From Camelus ferus (lineage: Eukaryota): a DNA stretch of 64,000 nt. Made by a program: the position numbers and the translations under genes. Each line of letters begins with the position of its first letter. Within the stretch, counting starts at the first letter, position 1. Shown here piece by piece: positions 26,546-39,150 of the stretch. The stretch is taken from positions 15,502,001-15,566,000 of the forward strand of contig NC_045698.1 in NCBI RefSeq assembly GCF_009834535.1, read 5' to 3'. Under the pieces are notes generated by a model that searched no databases, had not been told where the DNA came from, and saw only the letters and a program-made list of their open reading frames with translations.

Positions 26546-29349
26546 GAAAAATTGTAATACATGAATTTTTCCTATAAACAATGAATATGTTTAATACCAA
26601 CTCTTTTCCAAATAGATTAAATTGTAGATTATTATCTTCACAGCTTGAGCAATCAAAAAGTGGCAAGAAATATTTTTTCTCAGCTCAGATATCTAAGAGA
26701 TGGCACATTCTTTCTCGTGCACACAGACAATTTCAGAAGCTGTCGCATGAATATGATGCAATTCAAGTTACATCAGTTCTCAGCAGATTATGGGAACTCT
26801 ACCTCTTTCCCTTCCATTCTCCTGTAAAACTTCACGTTGTCATAATAACCTTCAAAGATTGCACTTGGTAGAGACACCGAGTGCCAAGCAAGGTCATCTA
26901 CAGTCCAGCTAATGCGTAAACAAACATCATTTAGCTGTCATTTTGAAATCAACAAAATATAAACTCTCTAAGATTGACAAATGACCGAACATGTATGAGA
27001 CAGAAGTAACTGTTTATGGCGTGATTTACAGATGGCGAAGCTAGTTGACACTCCAGGTTTCCCAGACACTTTAGAAAGTGATACTGTAGATTCATGAGGG
27101 GTTAACCTATAGTAGCTTATCACTTTTTAGATTTATTTATTTACTGTGGTCAATAGAATTCTTCTAATAGCACAAGGAAAAGGTCTCAGAATATTGCTGG
27201 AGAAAAATACAAAAGAAAATAAGTAAAACTTTAAGTTTTCTACTCTATATTCGCAGAGTCATTAGAAAATAAAAATAATCAAAAAATTAAATAGCTGCTT
27301 ATGACTAAATCTGAAAACATTGTTTAAAAAATCAATATAAAATTTTTATTTCAATAAGAATTGCTAGAAATTATGATCAACTGAAACATTGCTCAATAAG
27401 GTGCTAGAAAGGAAGAAAATTTGTAAATAGAGCCACACAGCCAGGAATGTCATTTTCAGTGGCCCCATCAACTAATGGTCACAGATTTGCTTTAAAGATC
27501 TGGCTGAGAGAAATTTTTAACGTCAGTCCAGGGGTAGAAATTCATTGGTCACAATTATTGGCTGCATGTGACGTTGGACATCTGGAAAGCTTCCAGCATC
27601 CTCAGAACATATGACATCGATTTCTTTTCTATTTTGCTAACAGCAGCAACAAAAAATCTCCAAAGTGAACCCTTGATATTACTGAAGAGAAATGAAGCAT
27701 GGAATGTGTTATGTTGGATGAAAATTTACTGACAAAGGTGATCTGAAGTTTCTAGAGACAATTACCATTAGCCTGTCCTATATACCTCCAAGTTTCTGAG
27801 CTATCCCAAAATGAAACTGACAGAGACAACTGTCAGTTTTTCTTTTTGTTTTTTTTTTACTGTATTTAAGCCAATTCAGAAACAATCATAGAAACATGAA
27901 TATACAACATGCTAGTTATATGTATGTATGTTTGCAGCAAAATAGTTTTATATGAAGATTTACAAATATTCCTGACATAATTTATAAGGTAAAATATTTC
28001 TTTCTTTCTTATGACACCAACCAAATACTTCCAAAAAAGACTGAGATTTTAAATAGTTATATACCATAATTAAATTGTAGAAAACAACCTTATTAAAAAT
28101 GTAAAGAAAATTGTGTGAGTTATATGCCACTTAATGTTTGTAACAGTTTTGATATTTTTATTAAAGTCATCATAAAATTAAAATGTTCCCTCTTAATGAC
28201 AAGTGTGACCTTATGTAGGAAAAGCACCACCTTGAATATTCAACACTGCTTTCATCATCAGAATTAATCAAAAGGTTAGTTTATTTTAGGAAGAAATTAT
28301 GGGAAGTATCCATAATTGTGGCCATGAAATGTAGATTAAAATTCCTTAAATAAAATTTTTGAAGAGAGAATTTAAATTTTAAGAAAGAAACTTTTGGTAA
28401 GTAAACAGTGTCAAGCTGAATGGAGATAAGTAATCATGAAGAATGGGGGTGGGAGGAGGATGACCACATATCTTGAATTTTATCATGGGAACCCAAACAA
28501 ATTGAAGACAGAACCTGTGATGGAAAAGACATTTCTTCATGGTCCAAATTCTCTTTCCAGCCAATTTCTCACTATTTGCCTTTTCTTCCAGGAAAACTTC
28601 ACTTCTCAGTTCCCAAATATAGTCTTTCTACCTCTATGATTTAATTCATACTCTTCCCCTGGGGGTCTTCCCATCTGCAATGTTTATATTTGCTGTAAAT
28701 ATAGCCACTCTTAAAATCTAAATTTAAGTATTGTAACCACCAGGAATTTGTCCACAACCTTTCCAGCTAGAATTAATTTTCTCCTCCTCTGTGCTTTTAT
28801 AAAACTTTCTACTTCTATTGAAGTATTTATTGCATGCCACCTCACACTACAGATCTTTATGTTCACAGTTAGCTTCATTCCTGGCTTGTAGATCTTTTGA
28901 AGGCCAGTGCCTTCTGAAGGCATCTCTCATAATAACCAGAGACCCTGGCATAGTGTCCTTCGAAAATAAATACTTGGTACAATGCAATACAAGCAGTCCC
29001 TCGATGTGGTCAATCGAGACGCTAATTAAAGAACTTGCTAGTAACTAGGCTAAAGCTACAAGCTTTCCAGTTTTTTGTGTTTGGAAAAATCAAAGGCAGG
29101 CACTCTTACTCCTTAGAAAAAGAACAGTGTCAAAGTTTGAGCCCATTTAGAATTCAAAAGGCCTCAAATATTTGAGGACTTCCAATGGCAAAGCCATCAG
29201 TCTTCAGAGGCATTTAAGGAATGACATTCCAATAGTCCAGAAAGACACCTTCTAAGAAACGTAAATAGAATGAAAATGTAACAAATAAGAGAGTTGTTTG
29301 GAAGTTTAATTTAAAAGGACTCTATTTAACAATTATTATAATTATTAAC

Positions 29350-29530
29350 ATTATTATCATTATTATAACATTTTAATACCAACTATGAGCCAAGAACCAC
29401 ACTAACTGCTACATGCTTATTATATTATTTAATATTTGTAATGGTACTCATTTCTGTACTCACAATAACTCATCATAATTCCCATTATAAAGATGAGAAA
29501 ATTAAGATAAGAAAATTTGTCTAAAATTTT
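29350..29530 (-). mobile_element. MIR SINE
   Basis: actatgagccaagaacc...ttattatattatttaat...cccattataaagatgagaaaattaag. Confidence 0.6.
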
Positions 29531-29790
29531 GTAATCCTCAAATGATTATATAATATTTTATTTGTATAAGTATGTTAACAAAATGTGTATGTAATTAGTT
29601 ATAGATATAAATACCTAGAGATTACTTTTAAAGACATAATTTCAAAATTGGTATTTCTAATGTATCTTCTTACAATCATCGCTCTATTTGGCACCAGCCC
29701 TCTAAACTACATGGTCATGAATTTCAGAATATATGCTCATGCATGCCAGTATCTATCCCAGGGCATAACATATGTTTCTCAGTGTCTATT

Positions 29791-29875
29791 GAAGAAAGGA
29801 AGAAACAAAAGAAGAAAGGAAAGAGGGAAGAAAGGAAAGAGGGAAGAAAGGAAAGAAAGATGGAAAGAAAGAAAA
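29791..29875 (+). repeat. Polypurine (GA-rich) low-complexity tract
   Basis: Almost purely A/G, with near-tandem aagaaaggaaagaggg units. Confidence 0.85.
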
Positions 29876-31816
29876 CACTATTTAGTGATTATTCAAGTAA
29901 ACTTGATATGTTAGGTATTATTTCTGACAGTAATCAACCAAAATTTAACCAGTAACTAATAATACAATCTACATAAGACAGATATCTAATCTACTAAAAA
30001 GCTATTCCAAATAACTAAATTATAAAGGGCTATATCATGTCATTTATATTGTGCTATATTAGGTTTAGTAGTATAATATATCATTTATTACCATAAAACC
30101 ACATAGATGCATTAAAAATTGGTAGTGACCTGGGAGCTATGCCACTGTAACAACCAAATGTTAGAAATTACATGAGAGATGTCATGATGTTCCTTTTTCT
30201 TCCCTGTGGGCAATCACTTCGATTTGGACTTTGAACAGAAAATAAATATTCCAAAAGATGGATTCATGTCCCACCTCCCTTGATCCCCACGACTAAGACA
30301 ACGCAAGTCAGAAGAGTCCCGAAGAGTCTACAGAGTTAACACCGTGGAACAAAGCAACACTGATGTGAAATACTCAGAGAGCCAAAGGGCTGCAGCATCA
30401 CAGAGGCTTCTTTAAGGCCGGTGCCTAAAAAAAGATGAGAAATCCTGGAGAGAAGAAGTGAGCCTCACAGCCCCACAGCACATGCCACATTTGCAAACAA
30501 AGGCGCCATGCTGAGCTCTTCTCTCACCCGCATTTCTGTAGGCAACATCTTTGGCACAGAGCAACTGCTCAGTAAATATTTGTGGAATAATGTAAGTGAA
30601 TTGAAAAGTTTGGTCCAGACTCAGCCAGAGAAGAGACTGCTCACACTTCTTCCCGATTTTCTCCTAGTCTTTAGTGAGGTAGTTCACGTTGTAGCACATG
30701 TTGCCTATTTCTCACTGTAAAATGTCAGTTGAATCATTTCAAGAAATAATTCGGGTCTCCTTAAATCCAATATTAAAGAACAAAATGCTTCTATACAGTC
30801 TATAAGACGTCCAGGACTTTGGAATCATATTAATTAGTAAAGATTACAGGTCCCAAAGCAGAGAAAACAGAAGAAAGTGTACCTTTCTATAATCATGTCT
30901 GATTGTGGCTTATTTTTACCTGGTAGGATCTATGTCTCACATGATAGAAGCCCAGGCAAATCTTCAGCCTTTCTAAATCCAATTAAGTGGCCTCTGATTC
31001 AAAATTTTCAAATAACCTTTTTTGTCAGAAACTCTGGAACTATTCTAGTTCTACAACATGCTTTCCCAACTGAATTTAAAAGTGGTATCTCAATTTATTT
31101 GATTTATATCCCAGTGCTTCCTGACTTCATACCATAATAAAGTTTCTGCTTTGCCCATCAAATTTTGGCAAATGACCACCATCGCGTCTCTCTGGATACT
31201 GTCTTTATCAAGTCTCCAGTCTCACTTCAACCATCTACCTCCCCATATGATTTTTCAGGAACTCTGAGTTTCCAAGAAACCAGGCATTTTTCTTACCTCA
31301 GTCTGTTTGCACCTAATCTAGACTTCTCATATATATCCTGGCCCTTCAGGCTTCTATATACATGGTGAGGTTTTCCAAACTTTAGTCATTCAATTATTTT
31401 CTTAATTTTTGCTCTCTCTACATACTTCTTGCACGGTTATCACTATTACTGGAATGTATAGCAGATACACTCTGATGAAAAAGATTTTTCTTGGTTTGTA
31501 CAGAACTTAGAATAATATCTTCCATGTAATGAGCACTGAAGAAATATCTATTGAATAAATAAGTGAATGCATAAAGGTATGAATAACTGGCACCTATTAA
31601 AATTATTGCAATACAAAGTAATATTATAAAATTCTATCTCTATATTGTTGCCTTTTGTACGGTCTGTCCCACGGTTTGCCCCCTTTTGGTTATGAAGGTG
31701 ATTTGCAGGTAATCAACAAATGTAGTGTCTTATTAAACCTAAATGAGGCTCTTTTTTAGAATCTTGTTACTCAGAGCATGGTTCTCAGATCAGCAATCAG
31801 CCAAAAAAGATAACAA

Positions 31817-31939
31817 ATATATCTGGAGGAAACTCTAAGTCAAAAAGATGCATGCACCCCAGTGTTCATAGCAGCACTATTTACAACAGCCAAGACAGGG
31901 AAGCAACCTAAATTTCTATCAACAGATGACTGAATAAAG

Positions 31940-31984
<45 letters not shown>

Positions 31985-32460
31985 GGAATACTACTCAGCC
32001 ATAAGAAAGAATAAAATAATGCTAGTTGCAGCAACATGGATGGAACTGGAGAAAGTCATTCTAAGTGAAGTAAGTCAGAAAGAGAAAGAAAAAGAAAAAT
32101 ACCATCTGGTATCACTTATATGTGGAATCTAAAAAAAAAGACACAAAGGAACTTATTTATAAAACAGATTCACAGACATAAAAAAACAAATTTATGGTTA
32201 ACAGGGAGGAAAGAGGTTGGGAAGGGATAAATTGAGAGTTCAAGATTTGCAGATACTAATTACTATATATAAAATAGATAAACAATAAGGTCCTACTATA
32301 CAGCACAGGGAACTATATTCAAGACCTTGTAATGGCTTATAAGGAAAGAGAATATGAAAAGGAATATACATATATGTATAACTGAATCACTATGCTGTAC
32401 ATCAGAAATTAATACAACATTGTAAACCAACTATATTTCAATATAAAAAATGTTAAAAAA
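31817..32460 (+). mobile_element. Relatively young 5'-truncated L1 (ORF2 end plus 3' UTR, artiodactyl type)
   Basis: catgcaccccagtgttcatagcagcactatttacaacagccaagac...gcagcaacatggatggaactggag...cagcacagggaactatattcaa...aactgaatcactatgctgtac, followed by an A-rich tail. Confidence 0.92.
31942..31981 (+). repeat. (GT)20 microsatellite inside the L1
   Basis: Perfect dinucleotide run. Confidence 0.95.
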
Positions 32461-32469
32461 ATGCACAAG

Positions 32470-33200
32470 TGAATAATAAAAGTTAAAAGAGAAAGTTGAG
32501 GAAATCTTCAAGAAAGTAAAGCAAAAAGACAAATGGATGGAAAGTAGGATCCCAAACTGGAAGGCAAGGAGATGAAAATGGGACTCAGAAAAATCAACAA
32601 TGTATTTTCCAGCTTATTTCCTAGAAGTAAAGACACGAATTTCCAGATTACAATGTTTCTCTAAGAGCCCTGCATGATGGATAAAAACAGACCCAAAACA
32701 AGACTCAAGATGGCGAACTTTCAAATCATCAGGGATCCACCTCTGTAGTTGCTCCAGGGAAGCCTCCATCTTAGTCCAACTTCAGTCTCCATCTCTGGTA
32801 GACAATTAGAACTCCTGTATACTTGTCTGTCTGCCTTGCTGCTTTTCTGCCCTAAATCCTGAAGATAACCCTCATTTTGTTTGGCATCTTTCCTATTTTA
32901 TGACCCAAGATCTCAAAATTTTTACCCACCATGCATCCTGTTGCAGGAAGCAACTGGGGAGGGGGTGTTTGCTCCACCAAAACAAGGAAGCAACTACAGC
33001 AGAAAATGAGAAGTTCTGAGAAAGAGGGGGTGAACACGAGAGAGAGATAAAAGGAATGCAACAGGATGACTAAGGAGGAGCTCACAGGCACTGGGTGCTG
33101 GAATTCTAGAGCGCAGTCCTGCCTGATTGGAGTGGGTTGGACAAGACGAAGGAAGACTTCTTCAAGACTATAAATTAGTGGAATAGCTAATGTGTTGAGA
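32470..33200 (+). mobile_element. HAL1-like (half-L1) fragment
   Basis: aaagttgaggaaatc...aagcaaaaagacaaa...tttccagatt and ccatgcatcctgttgcaggaagcaactgggag...gctccaccaaaacaagg match HAL1 as recalled. Confidence 0.65.
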
Positions 33201-34476
33201 TGTGATTTACACCACTGGAAGGTGAGATTGAGAACGCATACATAGGAAAAAAATACATAGGAATTCTTTACCTCCAAAGTGACCATTCGGTTCCCAAATG
33301 TATTAGGTTGAGGGAAATCAAGGGCATACCCATTTGCACAGCACTAACAATGTATGCTTTGATTGTCACTAAACTTCTGTCTTTAGGGACATAAAGATAA
33401 ATAGGGGAGAAATAAAAGTACATTTAAGTGGGTATCAGACAACAAATAGACATGAAAACTTAAACTCTGATAATATGGTACTATATGCACATTTGTATTT
33501 GTAAAGTCATTTTAACTTCTAATATTGAAAGTGTAAACCCTTTTCAAAGACTAATACTTTAGGCAGTTGTGGAAAATAGAATTAGTGTTCAAAAATAGAT
33601 TAATGTCTTGAAATAGAATATTTTCTACTTGTGTCTACAATTACGCCAAGCAGTCAGGTCAGGGTCTTACATAAGTCCGGCCATTCCTTTTAGTGTTCTT
33701 GCCACATTTGAGCAGAGTTTTGTTTTTATATATTTAGCAAATGCTAAAATGTGTAATGCTGGATGTCCAACATAATGAGGTTTCGACACATTCTTTGGAA
33801 GATAGCAACGCCTTATTAGCTACAGAATAATAGATGCTGAAACGGGAGAAGCAGATGACTCTGAAGGTCTCCTCGTCGCCTTACTCTCCAGGGAAGGAGA
33901 GGTGTTGAGAGGTGCTGAATAATAATCACAAATGAGTCACTCTCTGACACTGTTGTCTTGCATGATTTACCAAGGATAAACCTTCTGCTGGTCTTTGCTT
34001 TCTGCTCTGTCTCCCAAAAGGAGATATTCATTTTTATTGTGTTTATTAAATCACAGAGCTTAGGCAACTTGAAAAGAACTTTGAGACCTGACTCTGTTTT
34101 AGTGCACGGGTGTGCCCTGCGTTTTCCTTCGGCACCCGGTACAACATTTTTAGCTACTATCAGATTTCCTCCAAGCCCCTACCCTCTCCAGCTGCCCCCG
34201 TCATTACTCACAAATATGAAGTAAGAAATTACGGTTTTGTCAAGAGGGAGCCGGCTCTTGTGAATATCAGCAGTGGGCGTGATAAACTGGCTATTACGAA
34301 AGACAGCCTCAGTCTTACGGAGCCATCACCCGCTTCAGTCCTGTGATTTACTGGGGAGGCGGATCCTATAAACTCCAACAGTGTCTCACCAGGCGCTAGC
34401 AAATCTCAAGTGCCACAGATCTGCAATGTCGCTGCCAGTTAGAAGATGATAATGGAAATAAAGGGTTAAAAAAAAC

Positions 34477-35110
34477 TGTAAGGAAAAATTCAACTGAAAC
34501 CCTTTCTGCCAAAGCCCTGTTGTGTTTGCTTGTTTGGGGCGTCAGAGGGTGGGGCTTGGAGAAGGAGGCAGAGAAAATATGGCCCCACAAAACCAATGAC
34601 CCAGATACAGAGGGAGGGGAAGGATCGGGGCATGTTTTTCTCACTAATCTTGAGAGCACTGGGTGAGATTTAAGTGGAGACTGGATACGAAACTGCAAAG
34701 CAAGCACATGAAATATAATTTGCTTCTATGTTGCCAAAGGGAGGGGACTGCAGGTGGGCCCTGGGATAATCTCTATCAAGCAATGTAAGCTTGATGGAAA
34801 TGGCTTCCAAGAAGCGAAAAGCGTATGATTGCTGCAGCCAATTTAAAGTTGGAAGTAAGATATGATTACTTTGTATCTGGGGTTCCTACCCCAGCTCTCT
34901 CCCAGGTGGTAATCAGAGAGTACCCGCTTGGGTGCTTCCTTACCAAAATCTAAGAACAATCCCAGACCTCTAGGGCAGGATATTGCTACAAAGGGGATTC
35001 AGGATAAACTTTGTGTTGCTCTTCCTAGCTTGAAATTTTATTTTCACATTTCTGTAGCAGATACCAGTGTCTGCTGCCTTCTAGAAAATGGAAGGGTATC
35101 TTCCCAGACA
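34477..35110 (+). mobile_element. Possible ancient LTR (family not assigned)
   Basis: TGT...ACA ends and a G-rich, LTR-like body. No TSD seen. Confidence 0.3.
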
Positions 35111-35139
35111 TATTCTACCCAAATATTTTATGTACCCAG

Positions 35140-35265
35140 AATAATATCCCCTCTTCACCAAGCCCCAGTTTTCTCTGTTATAAAATTGGTATAAACATGA
35201 GTTTGGATCAAATGAGTTTATACATGTTATGAGCTCAGAAGTGTGCCCTGTGTGTTGTAACTTCT
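35140..35265 (+). mobile_element. MIR SINE fragment
   Basis: agccccagttttctctgttataaaattgg...ggatcaaatgagtt...agaagtgtgccctg. Confidence 0.6.
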
Positions 35266-35574
35266 CCAATGAAGGGGAAAAAAAAAGTAAGTATTACCTA
35301 TCCCCTCCTTTGACTTGTTGAGCAGATGGATTATTTCTTTGTGTTTCTCATTGGTGGCCCTCAGGGTATTTGTGTCAAGGGAAAGCAGTGATACAGATCT
35401 GCAAAGCTGAATGTGCTCTTGGTTCTTTTACTTAATTAATATGTCTTTGAATAGAAGAATAAGATCACAGCATGGAGAAATAAGGAAGTAGGAGCTAGAT
35501 TACTACATCTGCCAAGGCAATTGAGAATTTCCAGAGACAACGTTTAAAGGAAATTCTTATGAAGTTCTGTCATA

Positions 35575-36030
35575 ACAATCATAGCTATTGTCACAATAAA
35601 ACGCTGTGTAACAAATATCCCAAAACTCTTTTGCAAACTACAATAAGCAACTATTCTCATACTCATGGACCTTATTGTCAATACAGACTCTAGCATAAGC
35701 TGAACTGTTCTTAGTGGCTCTGTTTCGATCTGTGGGTCCAGCTGTGCTTGGCAGCCTCATGTGGGCTGGCTTGAGGTCTTATCCGTGCTTCTTTATTTTG
35801 GGATCCAACTTAACGAGTAAACAGGTATCTGGCTGACACTCTCTTCATGGCAGTTACAGAACATTAACAAAGCAAAACAAAAAGCAAAAAAACCTGTGCG
35901 TGCACCTGTCAAGTGTCTGCTTGTGTCACATCTCTTAATGTCTAAAGAGACCAAAGCAAGTCACATCACAAGCCTCGAATAAAGGAGTAGAGAAGCATCT
36001 TCCGCCTAGACTAAGAGGAGAGATGAAATT
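35575..36030 (-). mobile_element. MLT1 (MLT1H/I-like) MaLR LTR
   Basis: gctgtgtaacaaatatcccaaaactc...ctcttcatggcag...tgcttgtgtcacatct...ccaaagcaagtcacat. Confidence 0.75.
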
Positions 36031-37509
36031 CCACAACAAGGGACAGGAAGGCAGGAAGGGAAGCTGATCTTCCAAACAATGTTACCCTGACCTCTTCCTT
36101 TATCATCAATAAACCCCCAGAAAAGGCTAGTTTTATTCTTCAATGCTTTTGTAATCAGATTGTGAGAGCAGGCTGACTGTTCACTTACCTCATGCAGCAC
36201 TTATGAGGTCTTCCTCGAGTTAGGTGCAGGAGATAAACGAGGGTGGCGGAAAAAGGGAACATATGTGTATGAATTTTACTAGGATTTCTCCGATTTCACA
36301 ATTTTCGGGAGCTCAGTGTTGGAGAATTCACTTTTTTCCTTTGCGTGTGCCTGTTACTGTTCTGTGTTCTCTCTTTATAACAAACAGACCCCATAAAAAC
36401 AATAAAGAACATCTCTCCTTCTATTGTTCAGTACTTTAGGCTTCACTTGTCTGAACATTACCACTATTCAAATTTCTAAAAAAAACTTTATCCCATTATT
36501 CCAGGATCTTCCATTCCTCTCTTTGTCTGTTGATTTTAGGATGTGTCATGACTCCAGTAATGATTAGTCACAACACTGAAAACTTTATCTATACCTCTGT
36601 GATTGTATCATACGTGTGCTTGTGTTTAACCCATTTATTTCCTGCCCCGTAGGATATACACCGGGCTGGGGGCTCCCCAAAACTCTACACATCAGCCAAT
36701 GCTGAGGAACATGCAGCCAAATCTGAACTATCTCCAGGAAAATAAGAAAAGAGAATTTTGAAATTGTTATGTTTGTCTCACACTTTTTCATCCTCCAAGC
36801 ATGAGAAAGGTAATGAGTTGTCACACATTGCAACTAAAATCAAGAAAAGAATATTGACTTGCATTCCTATGGTATGAGAAATCTCAAACCAGTATCATTT
36901 CATCATCTTCATGCAAACATTGTCAATAACAATACTGATAAAACATGGGGCCAGTATTATGATTGTCCATATTTTATTTTAGTGAATAAGGACGTCATCA
37001 AAGCAAAATAAACACTACAGAAATCGATTACAAATTATATATTCATTTCATTTGTAAGCCAAAAAAAAAAAAAAAGAGAGAGAGAGAGAGAAAGAGAGAT
37101 AATCTCAGAATAAAGATAACTTAGCTACCGGGGTTAAAAATAAAGGCTTTGTCCTGAAGCTTTCCAATTTTGTCACTCATTGGTGATAACGTCAATGTAG
37201 ATTGGAGCCTAGGAGTCATTAATTTAAATATCTTATCCTTCACCCATTTCAAGACATACTTGATGGGTCTGGAATTGCAAATGCTCTGGGGGTCAAATGG
37301 GAAATCTCCTCTGGTCACAGAGAGAAAGTAGTTATTCTTTGACACAGAACTAGATTGTTCCAGTTTAGCAAGTCTATGATTCTCCGCTATTTTACTGTCT
37401 GTGGGAGTATGTTGAGCAGTTATTCTCCCGTTTAATACCCAGGCCACCACTTACCTAAATGAGTTACCATGTGGAAAATGTGTACGGACTTGCAGACGCA
37501 GCATCCTAG

Positions 37510-38148
37510 ATGCATTATTCAGAACTCTTCTGGATGCAAGTGACAGAAAGTCAACTCAAACTGCCTTAAGGGGGAAATGGACTTCATTGCCTCACATCAC
37601 CTAGAAGCCCGGAAGTGCTCTGGCTTCGAGCACAGCAGGGCCAGAGGTTCCAAGGATGTCATCAGAACTCGTGCTTTCATCGCCAGTTCTGATTTCGTCT
37701 GCACTGTCTCATGTCTCAGACACAATGACAAAAAGCCTGCCTGGGACTTCAGGTTAGCCTGTTTTTTGTTGTTGTTGTTGTTTGTTTTGGTTTTGTTTGT
37801 TTGTTTGTTTTTCCCTCAGCCACAACAGGAGAAAAAAAATTGTCCCTTTCTTACAAGAGAGCTCTAACACAGGCCTCAGAGTGGGAACTCGGGGGCTGGG
37901 ATTTGTTTGGCATGGATTGTGTGGCATCCCTGGACTTAGCAACCGATTGACCAAATCTGTTTTATCTCCGGAGCTGATGCTGCTGGACCCCACAGCACCA
38001 AAAGCAGAAGAAAGTGAGGAGGACATAGTTTCCAGGAAGAGCAGAGTTTTTAAATTTTTATTTTATTTATTTATTTATTTTTTACCACAAGGAGGAGAAG
38101 AAGATGTTGGGAGGCTGGTGGGACAAAATTTGGGCAGTTTCCACCACT
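37510..38148 (-). mobile_element. MLT1 (MLT1J/K/L-like) MaLR LTR with internal (GTT/GTTT)n
   Basis: tgcaagtgacagaaagtcaactcaaactgccttaag...ctggcttc...gatgtcatcaga...ttaccacaaggagg...gatgttggg. Confidence 0.75.
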
Positions 38149-38451
38149 CTGAGAAAGCTCCTCACAAAAGCCCTCCACGGAGGTCGACCTGCAACCGTCA
38201 CCGCCTCCTCTGCTCTGAGGGAGAGGCAACCCGGGGCCCTGCGTGCTGGCCTTCCAGGGCCCACGGCAACTCAGACCCCAGAGGGTAAGGGAAACTAGCG
38301 GACTCAGAAGCACAAACCCAATCAGCAACTTCTGTCTCTGGGACCAAAAGGCACCCGAGGGATATTTCTTGAAGGCTTTTGCCTTGTTAGGTGCAACAGC
38401 CTGATAGTAAGTCTTACACTGTTTAAAATATATATTTTTGCAAAGCTGATT

Positions 38452-39150
38452 TGTTAGGTAGTTAGATAAACGGGGGCACCGGGCAGCTAGGCGGAGGAGA
38501 GGGAGGATGCTCTGGAACATGGCGCTGTGCTCGCCTCCTGCATAAAGGGACTTAATTTCCGCTAAATGAGCGCCAGCAAGAGCCTGGTTAGAACCCGACA
38601 GCCGCCACTGCTTGGTAGCAAGAAGGACTTAACTGGACATGGCCCAGTGCTCACTGTAATATAACTAGCATTGCGGTTTAGCCCTCCACCCCTCCCCCCC
38701 CGGTTTTTTCTGTGTAACCACGGGTAAGGACATGCGCAAAGGGGACAGACACGACTAAGCATTCCAGGGGCAAGAGCCGTCAATCAGTCAAAAGAGCACC
38801 TGTAAGCCGGAGCCCAAGAGAAAGGCGGACGGAGAGCGCTGCTGTTCGCCCTCGGCTCGGCCCGCCTCCGCTCCTGCGGATGTACTTTTCCTCTTCTAAA
38901 TAAATCCTTCAAAATCTTTTGCTACACAGTGCTCTCTGTCTCCCGTCTGTAATCTTACACTTTCGGGTAAGACGAGAACTGGGGCCTTTTCCTTTTTCCT
39001 TTTGGGGAACCTCTTCACAAACAATGAAAATATCATATGTGTTGTCTCCTCCCACGCAAACACGCAGTTTATTCTCTTAAAAAGACCCCGGATAGACACA
39101 GTGGCTGCTCCTCTCCGCTGATGGCCAGGCCGTCATTTATCATAGCTTCA
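38452..39150 (+). mobile_element. ERV solo LTR, CpG-rich
   Basis: TG...CA ends (tgttaggtagttagat...agcttca) flanked by CTGATT at 38446-38451 and 39151-39156. AATAAA at 38899-38904 followed by a U5-like segment (ggtaagacgagaact). Confidence 0.7.

Noticed and set aside
32852..33286. 144-aa minus-strand ORF
   Set aside because: Antisense to a purine-rich HAL1-like repeat; compositional artefact.
37782..38520. Longest ORFs (168 aa and 149 aa)
   Set aside because: They span an MLT1 LTR, simple repeats and GC-rich DNA. No domain or exon-like structure.
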